Positions 1 to 11,174 of a stretch of DNA of 64,000 nt are shown here, piece after piece. Where the stretch lies: positions 8,077 to 72,076 of the IMG/VR virus record IMGVR_UViG_3300030419_002557; one strand, given 5' to 3'. Both the position numbers and the translations under genes were made by a program. Source of the DNA: a virus. The number at the start of each line of letters is the position of its first letter. Within the stretch, counting starts at the first letter, position 1. The notes beneath the pieces are model-generated. The model did not search any database. It saw nothing but the letters and a program-made list of their open reading frames with translations, and was not told the DNA's origin.

Positions 1-2
1 TA

Positions 3-3000
3 GCCACACTCTCCGCACACGAATCTCGGTTGAGGTCAGTCACCAGGGGCCTGAACTGGTCACCCGAGGGTGACGCTTTTAATGATGTGTTCCTTCGTGG
101 AAACAAGGCTTACTCTGGAACAACCGCTGAAACAGCGTTGCACGAGTTGGTACATGCAGCCACCGTGAGGCGGCTTTCTGATGGCAACCTTTCTGCTAAC
201 AAGGGCACTGCGCTTCAAAAAGCTACGTCTGATATTTTTGACCTTCGCAACCAAGTCGTCAAGATTGCCAAACAAGCTCAAAAAGACAAGACTCTTGATC
301 CAGCGATTGAAGACATCCTGATAAGAGCAACAGCAAACGAGAAAGAGTTTGTTGCTTATGGCCTGACAAACAAGACATTCCAAGACTACTTGATGACCAT
401 TAAGGTCGAAGACAAGTCAATGTGGAACGTCTTTGTCGAGAAGATTGCAGACCTTCTTGGTGTTGCCAAGAAGGACCAAAACGCTTTAACGGACTTGGTC
501 CGCATGACGGACGAACTGCTTGACGCGCCACTTGAGGAGCTTCCGTCGCGGCCATTGACCGAATGGCTGACTCTGATGGAGGAGCCTGTTGGCGCTGCCG
601 CTAGAGCGGCTGATGACGTGGAGATTACCGTCGCAGCGGTGGGCATGCGTCCTGAGTTTATGGAAGCGCAGTTGCTAATGAACCGCGCAAACGAAGCTAG
701 AAAGAGCAGGGATGCTGCCACAAATGCTGGCACACGTCGGATGTACCAGCGCCAGCTTGATACGGCGAATAGAAGACTCTACCTCTTGCTTGAACCAGAC
801 CTTAAAAAGGCTTTGACTGAGGGTCTTGACCCTGATGTGGTTCAAATCACAAATCTCACCGAGGCTGGAGGTTTTGAGCGCAGCCTTGGTGCGTTTGCTG
901 ATTATGCCCCAGAGGGTGGGTTCTACGTCACGCTAAAGGGTCCTCGCGACATCATCTTGGGGCGCGTTGCCGAGTATTCGCGGGCCTACAACCAAGACGC
1001 AATGCTGGTTCGTGAGCGAATCAAAACGGTTGACATTGATAAAACCAAGCCCCTGATCGAACAAATATCTTTTGATGACAAAGGTGTTCAGCGCGGAGCC
1101 ACGGCACGAATTGTTATTCCTCGTGCTTTTGAAGGCAAACTTGCTCAAGCGATTATGCAAACAATCGCTAAGAACGAGACCGGCGCAACAATCCGTTTAG
1201 ATACTTTAGAAGACGGAAGAGGTGTAATCGAGTTGGTCCATGTACCAGAGTGGATTCCAGCCCAATACGCCTCAGTTGAGACATTTCGTGACATTGTAGA
1301 GAAGGTCGCGGGTGATATTAAAGAACATACCAAAAAGAAAAAGCTTGGCGACGTAGAGGTCACTTTTGAACAGGAGTCCGTCTACGCTGTTTCACACAGC
1401 AGGGGAGCACCAGATGCCGCAAACAACCCAGGACTCTATGAATACTGGATCGAACGAAGCAGAAACCAACTCAGAAAGCAGGGAAGAGATGCTGCGCCGC
1501 TTTTCGAACTCGCTGAGGAAGGTGTTGGAACTGGACCCGTTACCCGAGGACCACGACTTCAGCCCGGAGGCGACAGACCGGCGGTTAATGGATCTAATTC
1601 CCTCCTCGACATCCCAGGGGCAGCAAGGCGAATTGGACCAGAAATCAGAAGAGTCCTCAATGAGCGTGATGCTTTTGACTCAGGGCACCTTTCAGAAGAA
1701 CTAGCGGCTGAGTTCAATGTTCAATCAGAAATCGCTGGTGGAACGCCTCATGACATTGTTGATTTAGAAGTAGATTCTGGTCTTAAACAACGGATTTCTT
1801 TATCCGAGATCACGCCAAATCAAGCATCAGAAATCAAGTCAAGGCTTGGCACAGCGAACCCTCTTGAGGATGTTTCGTTTGATGTAGAGTTTACTGTTGA
1901 GCGCGTCACCGAAACCCCAGAAGGAAAGGTTGTTGAGCGCTCCAAAGTGTCTGTTCCTGTGTTTCCAGTCTTAAAGGCAACAGACTTCGCTGGAGCAAAG
2001 GGGCAGAAAGTTCTTATTCCGGGTGGAATGGAGGGAACCTTTAGCTTCTCGGACGTTCAATACCTGGCCAGAAGACCTATTGAAATGATTCTGGAGGAAG
2101 CAGCAACCAAGTGGTGGGATGATCTCCCTAAAAATGATGATGGTGTAAACATCTTTGGCAAGAGGGAGGATCTTGGAAACTATGATGAGATCATGGCCCA
2201 GTACAAGGAGGCGTATTCCTCCATGCTGGATCGCATGTATGACAAGCTGCACAACAGCTACGGCCTAGAGAAGCATCGCCCTAAAAACGAAGAAATCTTT
2301 GATGGCGGTAGATTTAAGAGCAAGGAAGCAAAGTTCCAGTGGGAACAAGAAATTGAAATCCACATGATGGATGTCGCTTCTCAGTATGTTTTTGCATACC
2401 TGTCAATGCAAACCAACCTCTTAGACAATCAGGCGTTTGCCGCAGTTGTAAGGCCGAGAAGCTTTGCTGATCTGTCGGATATGGTCAACAGATACCGAAC
2501 GGCTAAGCGAAACAAAGGTTCAGACCTTGATCGGGATGAAGCAAACCACATTCTTGGGTTTTCTCTAACTTTGTCGGAAGGTGTTTTAAAGAACCGTTTT
2601 GGTAAGAAGACAAAGCTTGCTGATGTCGAGACAGACATCCTTCCAATAATCCAGATTCATGATTGGACCAAGCCCGGTGGGCCGTTGATTACTGTGCAGT
2701 CTGTTGACATTGCGCCGCTCAATGCGGACAAAATCGCAGGAAAAACTAGGAAAGCGCTGGCCCGCTACGTCAAATCAAAAGAAAAGGTTGCAAAGAAAGA
2801 AGCGCTTCTTGCAAGAACAAAAGACGCATCGAAAAGAAAAAGGATTCGGGCGGAGCTTAGGGCTGCGATTAAGGAGATGCAGGCCGCCGATGTTCAACAC
2901 CAGGCGCTGCTTAACTCTGTTTCTACCCAAGACGTTGTACAGCTTACCGGCGACATTGCTTTATCAAGCCCAGCAAACACCACCCGTCTGCTGGAAATGT

Positions 3001-6000
3001 ACGAGATGATGCATGAGGACTTCTTAAGAGTCCAAAAAGGAGAACTTAAGCACGGCTTTTTCGAGCGCTATCCTGGCGAAGATTGGGATGCGTTCTCTGA
3101 TAGGGTGTCCAGCATGGTGCCAGGAATGGCAACCAAGATCAGCGCATTCGGAATCTATTGGCAAAACCCTATTGCGGCCTCAATTGGTGCTCTCGACATC
3201 CATATGATTGGAATGATTGGGCCTGAACTCTTTAAGGAGCAGCGCTGGCTGAATAAGGCTGAGGGCTGGTATCGAGACTGGCAGTCGATCAAAAGTGATG
3301 CTGCAAAGAAGCACCTAAAAGAGGTAGCTGAAACCGCGCTTATTAGAGATACAGGCACCGAACCAACAAAGACAGCAATCTCAAAAAAAGCAAAGGAGAT
3401 GCTTTCTTCTGAGCTTAAGGAAAGGGCTCGCGTTTCGTTTGAAGACTTTCTTTCCACAGGCAAATCCAATCCCGCATACACGTTTTGGCGCGAACAGTTG
3501 AGGGGCGAGATTACTGCTCCTGAGAAGTACCTTATTCACCCGACTGGTGTTCCAGAGTACAAAAGAGCTTTTGATCCAAAGCGAATTGATTCTAATAAAA
3601 TCAAAGAGTTATTAGCCGCTGTAAAGGCAAACAAGAAGCTTACACCGAAACAAAGAAAAGAAAGAACCAGAAAGCTTGAAAGAGCACTGTTTGCACATGA
3701 GCACATTGAAAATGCTCAGCGCATGTATGGCGCTGATCATCCAATCATTCAGCGGTTCGTCAAAGAGGCGAGAGTAACAGGCTCAACCGTCGATGTTATG
3801 TCTCCAGAATACAAAAAGGTTTTAGATGGACTTCACTCTAAATCCGTTGATAGAGACATCTTTGGTGATGTGGCGACATTGCAGCACAGGATTTGGGATG
3901 AATGGCGCGGATACCTTGATCCGCATGTGATTGTTCACCCAGGTAGCGCTATGCTTCCGGCTGTAAGGCCAGCGGCCCTCAAGGCCGTGGTGAAAGCTTT
4001 GGAGGATTCTCTCCCAGAAATCCGAGACCCCCGTGTACAGGCAGAGCTTACAAGGCGGCACAGCCGCCTGACAAGCGGCCTGTTTGGTCGTGGATTTAGA
4101 GAGCTACACTCTTCGTTTAAAGAAGGAAGGTTTGGAGGAACCTCTCCGTTCGAAGACAGGCCGCTGCCTACTGAGCTTAGTCGCGGTGCTCTTTACATAG
4201 CTGATTCGTCGCCGCCATCGAGCAGCCTGGACGTGTTCCTTGAGGGCGGCTCTGACATGGCTGATTTTTTCAACCATGGTGACCTCTCTTCTCTGTTTAA
4301 CCGTGGCAGCAATGCGCTCATGATGTTGTTGGGAGAAGAGTTCCCAATGGTTATGGACATCTTTGTAGACAAGTTCGACAGCATAGTTGCTGATGACGGA
4401 TCCCGTGTACTTACAGAGAGGGGTTTTGGCGAACTTAAAGAATCTTTCAGCACTTACTGGCACGATGGGCATGTTCGAGATCCTCGTCTTGATATTGCGT
4501 ATGACAGTGTCAAAGACAGGCTTGCTGTGTTTTGGCGTCGATTGCGGCACAGCGCTGACCGGACAAACCCCGGCGTCAGAAGGTTTTTCGATGAGTGGCT
4601 TGGTGTTCTAAACGATGCAAAGAAAGAAGCGATGCTTGATGTTAAAAACTCTGCTGAGTTTAAAAACATCCCGAAGATACAGATCGAAGAGTTTAAACCA
4701 GGCCAAGCTTCTGAACTGCTTGAAACAGAACAGGTAGCCAAAAGAGGGCGAGCAAGAGAAAAGGCTCGCATCGATATGGACGAGGGACGGATTCGTTATG
4801 CCTTGGGCCTTACCGATGAAGTGACCGAGGTCGATGCTTTTAGCGCGATGGAAAAAGCCGTAGGCTACGTCGCAACTGAAATGTCGAGGCTTAAGCACAC
4901 CAACCACTGGGTTTCTTTTTCAACAAGAAGCGTTGTTCCGGCGCGTCTTCTGCCTAAATACTTGGAAGAAGCACAACTTAGAAACTACTCTGTGTTTGGC
5001 GACCCGCACGTTCTTAAGAAGCAGTTTGAGAGAATCCCGCTTGAGCGGGTAAAGCTTGATGAGTTTGGTGAGCCCGTGATGGACACACCGTATGGTGTAG
5101 TCGAACCACAGCCTGTAATGGAGGTTGTGACAGAGGTTCTTCCAGATGGAACGGAGCGAGTAGTAGAGATTGATGTCATCAATCTTAATGAGCTACAGCA
5201 AGATCGGTTGAAGCAGTTGCTTATTGAACTGGCTGTTGACCCAAGAACAAAACAGTTAACCCAAGAGGTTTTGGGGGAATACCTTCTTCCAAATGCAAAT
5301 CTCGATCAGATTCCTTTTAAGCACTATGAGTTCATCACTCAGGAACTATTGAGAGATCACGTTGTTGGAATCGGGTCAGGCATGACCAAGGAAATCAAGA
5401 ATGTCCCCCGATCTCTCGGGTTTGCCGCCGTTCAGGCTCTTATGGGGCCCAGGGGGCTTGGAATGTTTGACAATATCCAGTCCCTCCAAAAGAGCCTTTC
5501 TCAGAAGTTCAAAACACGAGCCCCTCTTGCACACATGGGCAAGAATAAAGACGGGAAAGTTCGAGACGGCCAAGTTGTAAGCCCCATTGTTCAGGAGCTT
5601 TTTCAGCGTAGAATGCGCCAGATTGATGACATTCCAAACTGGATCAAGCGAGTTCAGAGCGCGTTGGCGAACAGGCAGAACCCTGCTGGCGTTTGGGAGG
5701 TGATTGAAGGTCTTCAAAACGTGCTTGAGCAACCTATTCATCAGCACACATACCGAGTGTTAGACCGGCTTGAGCTTTTGTTTATGGGAGAAGCAAAGGG
5801 CATTAACCCTAATCAGGTCGGTGATGCACTAGATGACATTGCCAGGGCGTTTGCTGACAACAGGTTGATGACCAAGTCTGAGCGTGCAGCAATCAATCTT
5901 CTTAGAGACTTTGAGCGCATCAAGATTTTAGAGCCCGAACGAACAATGGTTAAGGGCGACAAGGTTTATATTAAAGATCCTGCTCAGAGGGAGGCAATAG

Positions 6001-8843
6001 CAGATGCCTATATGGTAATACAAGAGGGTATCGCCAGGCGTCTTGAGATTGCAGATCAACATGCAAGAATCATCATGGAGGGCATGGGTGGTTCTCCAGA
6101 ACAGAAGGTAAAGCTTTTTAGGACTGGAGATGGTCAGCTTTCCACAATCAACAGAGACAGAGCTATTCGCCTTTATGACAGCTTTTATAAAGGCGAGTGG
6201 GGAGCGCTTCTTGACCAACTGGCAAGAGAAGGGCTGTCAACAGGTACTGCCCTGAAGTATCCGGGCAAGTTCAACGTCCTTCACGCAATGCTTGAGACAG
6301 TGATTCGATTGAGGGCTCAAAGCATTTTTATGGACTTGGTCAATGACATGACCGACATGGGTATGTCTGTTCGCATTGAGGACCTGGCTCCAAAAGACAT
6401 CACCAACATGGCCGAAAAGCGAGCCTTTGCTCAGCGCGTAAAACTTTACCTCAATGAGGAGCTTAAGTTTGGTGGCCCGCTTCAAATAGTGGACGAAACT
6501 GGACGAGTTTATGATGCAACAGAAGCATTCGAGCGGGTCAGAACTGAGCCGCTAACTGGACAAAAGATCCAGGGGGCCGGGCCAGGCGCAGAAGATTTTT
6601 CAAGAGAAGCGAGGGCGAGAGCAAGCAAAATCGGTGCCTACAAGCCTATTCATGAAAGAATGGGCGACGTTATTCATAAAACAAAAGTTCACGATCTCGA
6701 AGCCTTTACGGTCGCCACACAGCTAATCGAGCAGTGGGGAATGAAGATTGGCGCTAACATTGAAAACTGGGAGTTGGTGAGGTTTGCGGACGGTTCCGAG
6801 GCCCTGGTTCCAAAGCTTCTTCTTGATGAAGTTCAAGACGCTATGGACAGGGTTGCTGGTCAGGCTTCTGCAAGACAGGGAGTCACCAGCCGCTATCGTT
6901 TGCAGCCGAAAGGCTTCTATGAAGGGTTCCTCCCAGAGGTCGGGCAGCCCCCACTGAAAACAAAAGCAAAGGTTTTTGTTGGCGATGCGATCAACTTGCT
7001 GAGCAACTCATTCAATGTCAGCTATCGACTAATGAAAATGGGCCTTACGTCAGGGCTCTTCATAGTCAATCTCCCTTACTACATGGCAAACGCCTTTGGT
7101 GCTCAACTACAGACGTATCAAGCGCTTGGTTTGAAAGGGTATTTTTCCTCAATGAGTCGACCAATGCTGGCGTTAGAGATTTCCGCAGCTTTGTGGGGTG
7201 ACGCACCAACTATGCGGTGGACAAAGGTAAAGCCTGTTGTAATGCCGGACGGTACAGTCTGGACAAAAGAGTCTTTGACAAGAGCCGCTCACGAACACGG
7301 TTTGTCCGGCTCATTCCTGTCAAAAGAAACAGCAAGGACCGTTGCCGAAGATTTGAAGAAGAAAGAGCCTACCTTCTGGAACAAAATGACTGCCGCGCCA
7401 AAGTTCTATCACGCGCAGCTAATCAACTTTGCGACGTTCCTCGACAACTATCATCGTGTTGCAATCTTCGTTGAGCAGATCGGAAAAGGCGCTTCGGCAA
7501 GAGAAGCAGCAGCCGTGTCAAGGAAAGCGCTGTTTGACTATTCAGACCTCACTGACTTTGAAAAGAAATACATGAGGCAGATCTTCATCTTCTATTCGTT
7601 CCAACGAAAGAACATTGATTTGTTCTGGGACACCTTGTTGACCAACCCCCACAGGGTAATGGGGCAGTTGCGATTTGCCCGTGGTTTAAACCAGACCTTT
7701 TTGGATGGTGATGAACGCCTAATTGAAAGCGACTGGAGTCTTGGCCGCGTTGGTGTGAAATATCAAGATTTTGCAGCCAGCAGATTTGTACAGAAAGCAA
7801 GGTACAATGCGCCTATTTTTCCTGTTCAAGAAGCCTTGCGCGGACAATTAGACTTTCTTAGTTTTCTCGGCAGTTTTCTTCCTGGCGAGGGACTCATGGA
7901 AGGCGAGAAAAGAATGAAGGCACGCTTGAAGTTTTTAGGAAGGCTGAACCCTTGGCTTCAAGCGCCCTTAGCATTAACTCTCAACAAGACATTCTTTGGC
8001 GCAAGACCTATGAGGCCAGAGAGAATTCCGCTGTTTATGGTCCAGCATGACTTATTAACAACAGGTGGAATAGTGATGCGCTCAATCGGCGCTCAAGCCA
8101 AAGCATTGAAGCGATGGGAAGAGCAAGACTACCCAGGGCAAACACATGCATACTATGCCACAAACACCACCGCTTGGTATCTGTTGCAGAACCTGTGGCA
8201 TGGGCCGCTGCCGGTAATGCCTATGCGTGAGGACATTCCAGGCACAAGTAAGATTCGAAAGTTTGTTCCAGGTGGAGAAGCAGTTGGAGAAGCTCTCGAC
8301 CATATGCCTCTTGGATATGTGCTTCGAGCGCGTCCGCTCAAGGGATTGAAAGAGGGAACATTAAGTTACACCACTGCTGGTCGCATGATGGATACGATTG
8401 AGCGCCTAAACAGGGCGGGCGGTGGTGTTCTACGTCCAGATATTGTCGATGCTCAACTTAGAGCAGACATGGCGCACTACAAAGGCCTGGTTGAGTCTGG
8501 AAGAAGAGAGCCTCTCTTTGGCAACATTGGAGAAGAGGAACGCCTTACATCTCAGGAGCTAAACGCAGCAGGGTTCCGTGTTGATCCAGAAACTGGAAAC
8601 GTGGCGTGGCGTGATGACGCGCAAGGCGTTCCCGTTCGTGGGGCAAGAGGCCGACCAGGCATTCAGGAAGGTTGGTTGTCAATCGTGTTTAGTCCCCAAA
8701 AAATCTACACCGAAGAATATGCCATTCTTATGGAGCACTACCGCTATCGACAATTGCTTAAAGCTGCTTTGAAAAAGCAGTTTGCTGTAGACTATGACAA
8801 AGAAATCCTTGAAGGCCGATACATATCAGAAGGTAGTGACTAG
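3..8843 (+). CDS. Giant internal virion / large polyvalent protein, 5'-truncated; zincin HExxH motif, HhH-GPD glycosylase-like region, LPD38-like C-terminal region
   Basis: Frame open from nt 3; TALHELVHAATV at ~nt 132-167; LSMQT, PGMATKISAF and GALDIH motifs; ALFDYSDLTDFEKKYMRQIFIFYSFQRKN typical of C-termini of phage ejection/polyvalent proteins. Confidence 0.75.
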   Translation, partial: ATLSAHESRLRSVTRGLNWSPEGDAFNDVFLRGNKAYSGTTAETALHELVHAATVRRLSDGNLSANKGTALQKATSDIFDLRNQVVKIAKQAQKDKTLDPAIEDILIRATANEKEFVAYGLTNKTFQDYLMTIKVEDKSMWNVFVEKIADLLGVAKKDQNALTDLVRMTDELLDAPLEELPSRPLTEWLTLMEEPVGAAARAADDVEITVAAVGMRPEFMEAQLLMNRANEARKSRDAATNAGTRRMYQRQLDTANRRLYLLLEPDLKKALTEGLDPDVVQITNLTEAGGFERSLGAFADYAPEGGFYVTLKGPRDIILGRVAEYSRAYNQDAMLVRERIKTVDIDKTKPLIEQISFDDKGVQRGATARIVIPRAFEGKLAQAIMQTIAKNETGATIRLDTLEDGRGVIELVHVPEWIPAQYASVETFRDIVEKVAGDIKEHTKKKKLGDVEVTFEQESVYAVSHSRGAPDAANNPGLYEYWIERSRNQLRKQGRDAAPLFELAEEGVGTGPVTRGPRLQPGGDRPAVNGSNSLLDIPGAARRIGPEIRRVLNERDAFDSGHLSEELAAEFNVQSEIAGGTPHDIVDLEVDSGLKQRISLSEITPNQASEIKSRLGTANPLEDVSFDVEFTVERVTETPEGKVVERSKVSVPVFPVLKATDFAGAKGQKVLIPGGMEGTFSFSDVQYLARRPIEMILEEAATKWWDDLPKNDDGVNIFGKREDLGNYDEIMAQYKEAYSSMLDRMYDKLHNSYGLEKHRPKNEEIFDGGRFKSKEAKFQWEQEIEIHMMDVASQYVFAYLSMQTNLLDNQAFAAVVRPRSFADLSDMVNRYRTAKRNKGSDLDRDEANHILGFSLTLSEGVLKNRFGKKTKLADVETDILPIIQIHDWTKPGGPLITVQSVDIAPLNADKIAGKTRKALARYVKSKEKVAKKEALLARTKDASKRKRIRAELRAAIKEMQAADVQHQALLNSVSTQDVVQLTGDIALSSPANTTRLLEMYEMMHEDFLRVQKGELKHGFFERYPGEDWDAFSDRVSSMVPGMATKISAFGIYWQNPIAASIGALDIHMIGMIGPELFKEQRWLNKAEGWYRDWQSIKSDAAKKHLKEVAETALIRDTGTEPTKTAISKKAKEMLSSELKERARVSFEDFLSTGKSNPAYTFWREQLRGEITAPEKYLIHPTGVPEYKRAFDPKRIDSNKIKELLAAVKANKKLTPKQRKERTRKLERALFAHEHIENAQRMYGADHPIIQRFVKEARVTGSTVDVMSPEYKKVLDGLHSKSVDRDIFGDVATLQHRIWDEWRGYLDPHVIVHPGSAMLPAVRPAALKAVVKALEDSLPEIRDPRVQAELTRRHSRLTSGLFGRGFRELHSSFKEGRFGGTSPFEDRPLPTELSRGALYIADSSPPSSSLDVFLEGGSDMADFFNHGDLSSLFNRGSNALMMLLGEEFPMVMDIFVDKFDSIVADDGSRVLTERGFGELKESFSTYWHDGHVRDPRLDIAYDSVKDRLAVFWRRLRHSADRTNPGVRRFFDEWLGVLNDAKKEAMLDVKNSAEFKNIPKIQIEEFKPGQASELLETEQVAKRGRAREKARIDMDEGRIRYALGLTDEVTEVDAFSAMEKAVGYVATEMSRLKHTNHWVSFSTRSVVPARLLPKYLEEAQLRNYSVFGDPHVLKKQFERIPLERVKLDEFGEPVMDTPYGVVEPQPVMEVVTEVLPDGTERVVEIDVINLNELQQDRLKQLLIELAVDPRTKQLTQEVLGEYLLPNANLDQIPFKHYEFITQELLRDHVVGIGSGMTKEIKNVPRSLGFAAVQALMGPRGLGMFDNIQSLQKSLSQKFKTRAPLAHMGKNKDGKVRDGQVVSPIVQELFQRRMRQIDDIPNWIKRVQSALANRQNPAGVWEVIEGLQNVLEQPIHQHTYRVLDRLELLFMGEAKGINPNQVGDALDDIARAFADNRLMTKSERAAINLLRDFERIKILEPERTMVKGDKVYIKDPAQREAIADAYMVIQEGIARRLEIADQHARIIMEGMGGSPEQKVKLFRTGDGQLSTINRDRAIRLYDSFYKGEWGALLDQLAREGLSTGTALKYPGKFNVLHAMLETVIRLRAQSIFMDLVNDMTDMGMSVRIEDLAPKDITNMAEKRAFAQRVKLYLNEELKFGGPLQIVDETGRVYDATEAFERVRTEPLTGQKIQGAGPGAEDFSREARARASKIGAYKPIHERMGDVIHKTKVHDLEAFTVATQLIEQWGMKIGANIENWELVRFADGSEALVPKLLLDEVQDAMDRVAGQASARQGVTSRYRLQPKGFYEGFLPEVGQPPLKTKAKVFVGDAINLLSNSFNVSYRLMKMGLTSGLFIVNLPYYMANAFGAQLQTYQALGLKGYFSSMSRPMLALEISAALWGDAPTMRWTKVKPVVMPDGTVWTKESLTRAAHEHGLSGSFLSKETARTVAEDLKKKEPTFWNKMTAAPKFYHAQLINFATFLDNYHRVAIFVEQIGKGASAREAAAVSRKALFDYSDLTDFEKKYMRQIFIFYSFQRKNIDLFWDTLLTNPHRVMGQLRFARGLNQTFLDGDERLIESDWSLGRVGVKYQDFAASRFVQKARYNAPIFPVQEALRGQLDFLSFLGSFLPGEGLMEGEKRMKARLKFLGRLNPWLQAPLALTLNKTFFGARPMRPERIPLFMVQHDLLTTGGIVMRSIGAQAKALKRWEEQDYPGQTHAYYATNTTAWYLLQNLWHGPLPVMPMREDIPGTSKIRKFVPGGEAVGEALDHMPLGYVLRARPLKGLKEGTLSYTTAGRMMDTIERLNRAGGGVLRPDIVDAQLRADMAHYKGLVESGRREPLFGNIGEEERLTSQELNAAGFRVDPETGNVAWRDDAQGVPVRGARGRPGIQEGWLSIVFSPQKIYTEEYAILMEHYRYRQLLKAALKKQFAVDYDKEILEGRYISEGSD

Positions 8844-8903
8844 AATTGGCTTTCCGTGTTACCCTTTCCACAACCCAACCCAGACTCTCATTAGGAGATA
8901 AGA

Positions 8904-9527
8904 ATGTCCTCAATCCCACAACTTGTAAATGGCAACGCTCTTGAGCATGGAATCACCATGTTTGTAGACCATGGCGCTGGCAGCGCATCTCAGATGCACG
9001 TCGGCGGTCAGGCTAACGCCGATGTTGCCGCAGGCACCGTAATCAACGGTGACGGCGAAGGAACAACCGAGACTGAGACTACCGAGTACACGATTCCAGC
9101 CAACACTCTTGTTGCTGGTTCAACCATCCGGGCCAAGTTCTATGTGCATTGCCCATCAGGAAATGGTTCCGACACAACTCAGATTGGATTGCGATTTGGC
9201 TCAAACACCACCGCAAGCAGCAACTCGGGAATCGAAACCGCTGCTACTGATCTTGACAACAGTGGTGCTGTTTGTGTCGGTGATGCTGTCGTTCAAATCC
9301 GCACTGCCGGGTCTGGTGGAACCGCCGTTATGTTTGGAACCGTCGCTTTGGATACGGCTGCTGCCGTCGCTCTGAGTCACGACGAAAGTGGTGCGCTGGC
9401 AACTTTTGCTGTCGATACAACAGTAGACAACTACTTGAGCGTCACGGTTACGCTTGGATCCACCAACGCATCAATGGTTGCCCAATCCGAAGCCTTCATT
9501 GTAGACATTTACAATCCGTCTACCTGA
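8904..9527 (+). CDS. Virion structural protein (beta-rich)
   Basis: 207 aa, G/T/S/A-rich, AGGAG RBS, late-gene context. Confidence 0.55.
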   Translation: MSSIPQLVNGNALEHGITMFVDHGAGSASQMHVGGQANADVAAGTVINGDGEGTTETETTEYTIPANTLVAGSTIRAKFYVHCPSGNGSDTTQIGLRFGSNTTASSNSGIETAATDLDNSGAVCVGDAVVQIRTAGSGGTAVMFGTVALDTAAAVALSHDESGALATFAVDTTVDNYLSVTVTLGSTNASMVAQSEAFIVDIYNPST

Positions 9528-9552
9528 TTCATCCACCTTCTAATAGGAGGCC

Positions 9553-9984
9553 GTGATGGCTGATCAGGGCTTTGTTGTTAACGATGCAGAGCAGGCGAGC
9601 ATTGGTACGTCTTACTCTGCTGGGCAGGCGATTCTTCTTCATGAGGATTTGACAGCAGATCCTTTGTCGAGAGCAATGCCACAGGCTTGTTATCTATCTC
9701 ACCTTGAGCTTCAGCTTGACGTGACTTCTGGATCTCCAGCTACTGTGTCTTGTTTCTTGACATGGGATTCGTCAGGTGATGACCCGCTTTCTGCGGAGGC
9801 TCAACTTATCAATCTTCATGCTGGTATGACTGACACAAGCCTTAGAAACACCGCAGTTGCGACTGATGTCTATGTTCGTGCTCCGACAGGACAGACAACG
9901 GCAAACAAGTGCTATTTGTTTTTAAAGGTCAATGATGGTGCTGTAACATTGAAAAAAGCCCGTCTTCTTTGGGCTGTGAGGTAG
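9553..9984 (+). CDS. Hypothetical structural protein
   Basis: 143 aa, AGGAGG RBS, co-oriented in late operon. Confidence 0.55.
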   Translation: MMADQGFVVNDAEQASIGTSYSAGQAILLHEDLTADPLSRAMPQACYLSHLELQLDVTSGSPATVSCFLTWDSSGDDPLSAEAQLINLHAGMTDTSLRNTAVATDVYVRAPTGQTTANKCYLFLKVNDGAVTLKKARLLWAVR

Positions 9985-9989
9985 GGTAA

Positions 9990-11165
9990 ATGGGGATTAG
10001 CTCAGGGTTTTTCAATAGATTTGGCAACCAACGAGTAGTTGGAACAGACCTTGAAATCGACACTTCAGACGGCACTGTTTCTGTCGATGAAGTAAACAAT
10101 AGGGTTGGCATTGGTGACACAGCGCCTGGAACGAAGCTTCAGGTTACTGATGCCGCACCTTATGTCACCTTGAAGAACTCAACATCCGAGAACTCAGATG
10201 GTGGCTGTGAATCGAGGCTGATCTTTGAAGATCACGCCAATGTTTCGCTTGGACAGATTGAGGTAAGCCATAGCGGCTCTTCTGATGACACCAAAGGCAA
10301 GATGATCCTGTCTACGCATACAGGGTCCAGTCTTGTTGCCGCCATTACAGTCAATGAAGCCCAGAACGTGGTGTTTGCTGGCGACCTTAGAGTCTCCGGT
10401 AACAACATCGTAGATAACGGTGGGTCTGCGGGCATCTCGTTTGATGGTTCTGGGAACACCCAGGTTGATGGTGACCTCACTGTGAACGGCGGTGATCTTC
10501 AGTATTCAAACGGACAGAACGCAACTATCGGAATTGCTGCTGTTTCTGGCACCAACACTGCCGGTAGGAGCCTGACGATTAGTGGTGGGCAGAGCACAGG
10601 AAACGCCGCTGGTGGCTCTATTGTCTTCAAAAGTTCCGCAGCCGGTCTTTCCGGCAGTAGCGCCAACAGTTTGGCTACCGTGTTTACCATTGAGGAAGAT
10701 GGCGACATTATTGTTCCTGGCGACATTGAAGTCGTTGATGGCAAGGCTGTTGTTGACAGCAATAACGCTAAAGTGCTGAAGTTCTGCACGGTTGGAAGCG
10801 CGGTCAACTACCTTGAAGTTGAGAACGCAGCAGACGGAAGCGCCCCGGCGATTAGCGCTCTTGGTGACTCGGCCAACATTACGATTTCAATGAAACCAAA
10901 AGGCACGGGAGGCCTTCGGGTATACGGGTCAACAGCATCGGCTGCCAGTATTCTTCTGAATGAAGATGCCGATAACGGCACCAACTTTGTTCAGATTCTA
11001 TCAGCCGCAAACATTGGTTCGAACTTCAAAATCATTCTTCCCGCTACAGTTGGGGCTACTGGGAAAGTCCTCCAGTCAACAGTTTCGAGTAACGAGGCGA
11101 CGTTGGATTGGACGGACTTAAGTTCCGACGCCAGCCACATTCTTCACATGCAAGTTTTCTCATAG
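9990..11165 (+). CDS. Tail fibre-like protein
   Basis: NRVGIGDTAPGTKLQV and G/S/T-rich beta repeats typical of phage fibres. Confidence 0.7.
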   Translation: MGISSGFFNRFGNQRVVGTDLEIDTSDGTVSVDEVNNRVGIGDTAPGTKLQVTDAAPYVTLKNSTSENSDGGCESRLIFEDHANVSLGQIEVSHSGSSDDTKGKMILSTHTGSSLVAAITVNEAQNVVFAGDLRVSGNNIVDNGGSAGISFDGSGNTQVDGDLTVNGGDLQYSNGQNATIGIAAVSGTNTAGRSLTISGGQSTGNAAGGSIVFKSSAAGLSGSSANSLATVFTIEEDGDIIVPGDIEVVDGKAVVDSNNAKVLKFCTVGSAVNYLEVENAADGSAPAISALGDSANITISMKPKGTGGLRVYGSTASAASILLNEDADNGTNFVQILSAANIGSNFKIILPATVGATGKVLQSTVSSNEATLDWTDLSSDASHILHMQVFS

Positions 11166-11174
11166 GACTACTAA

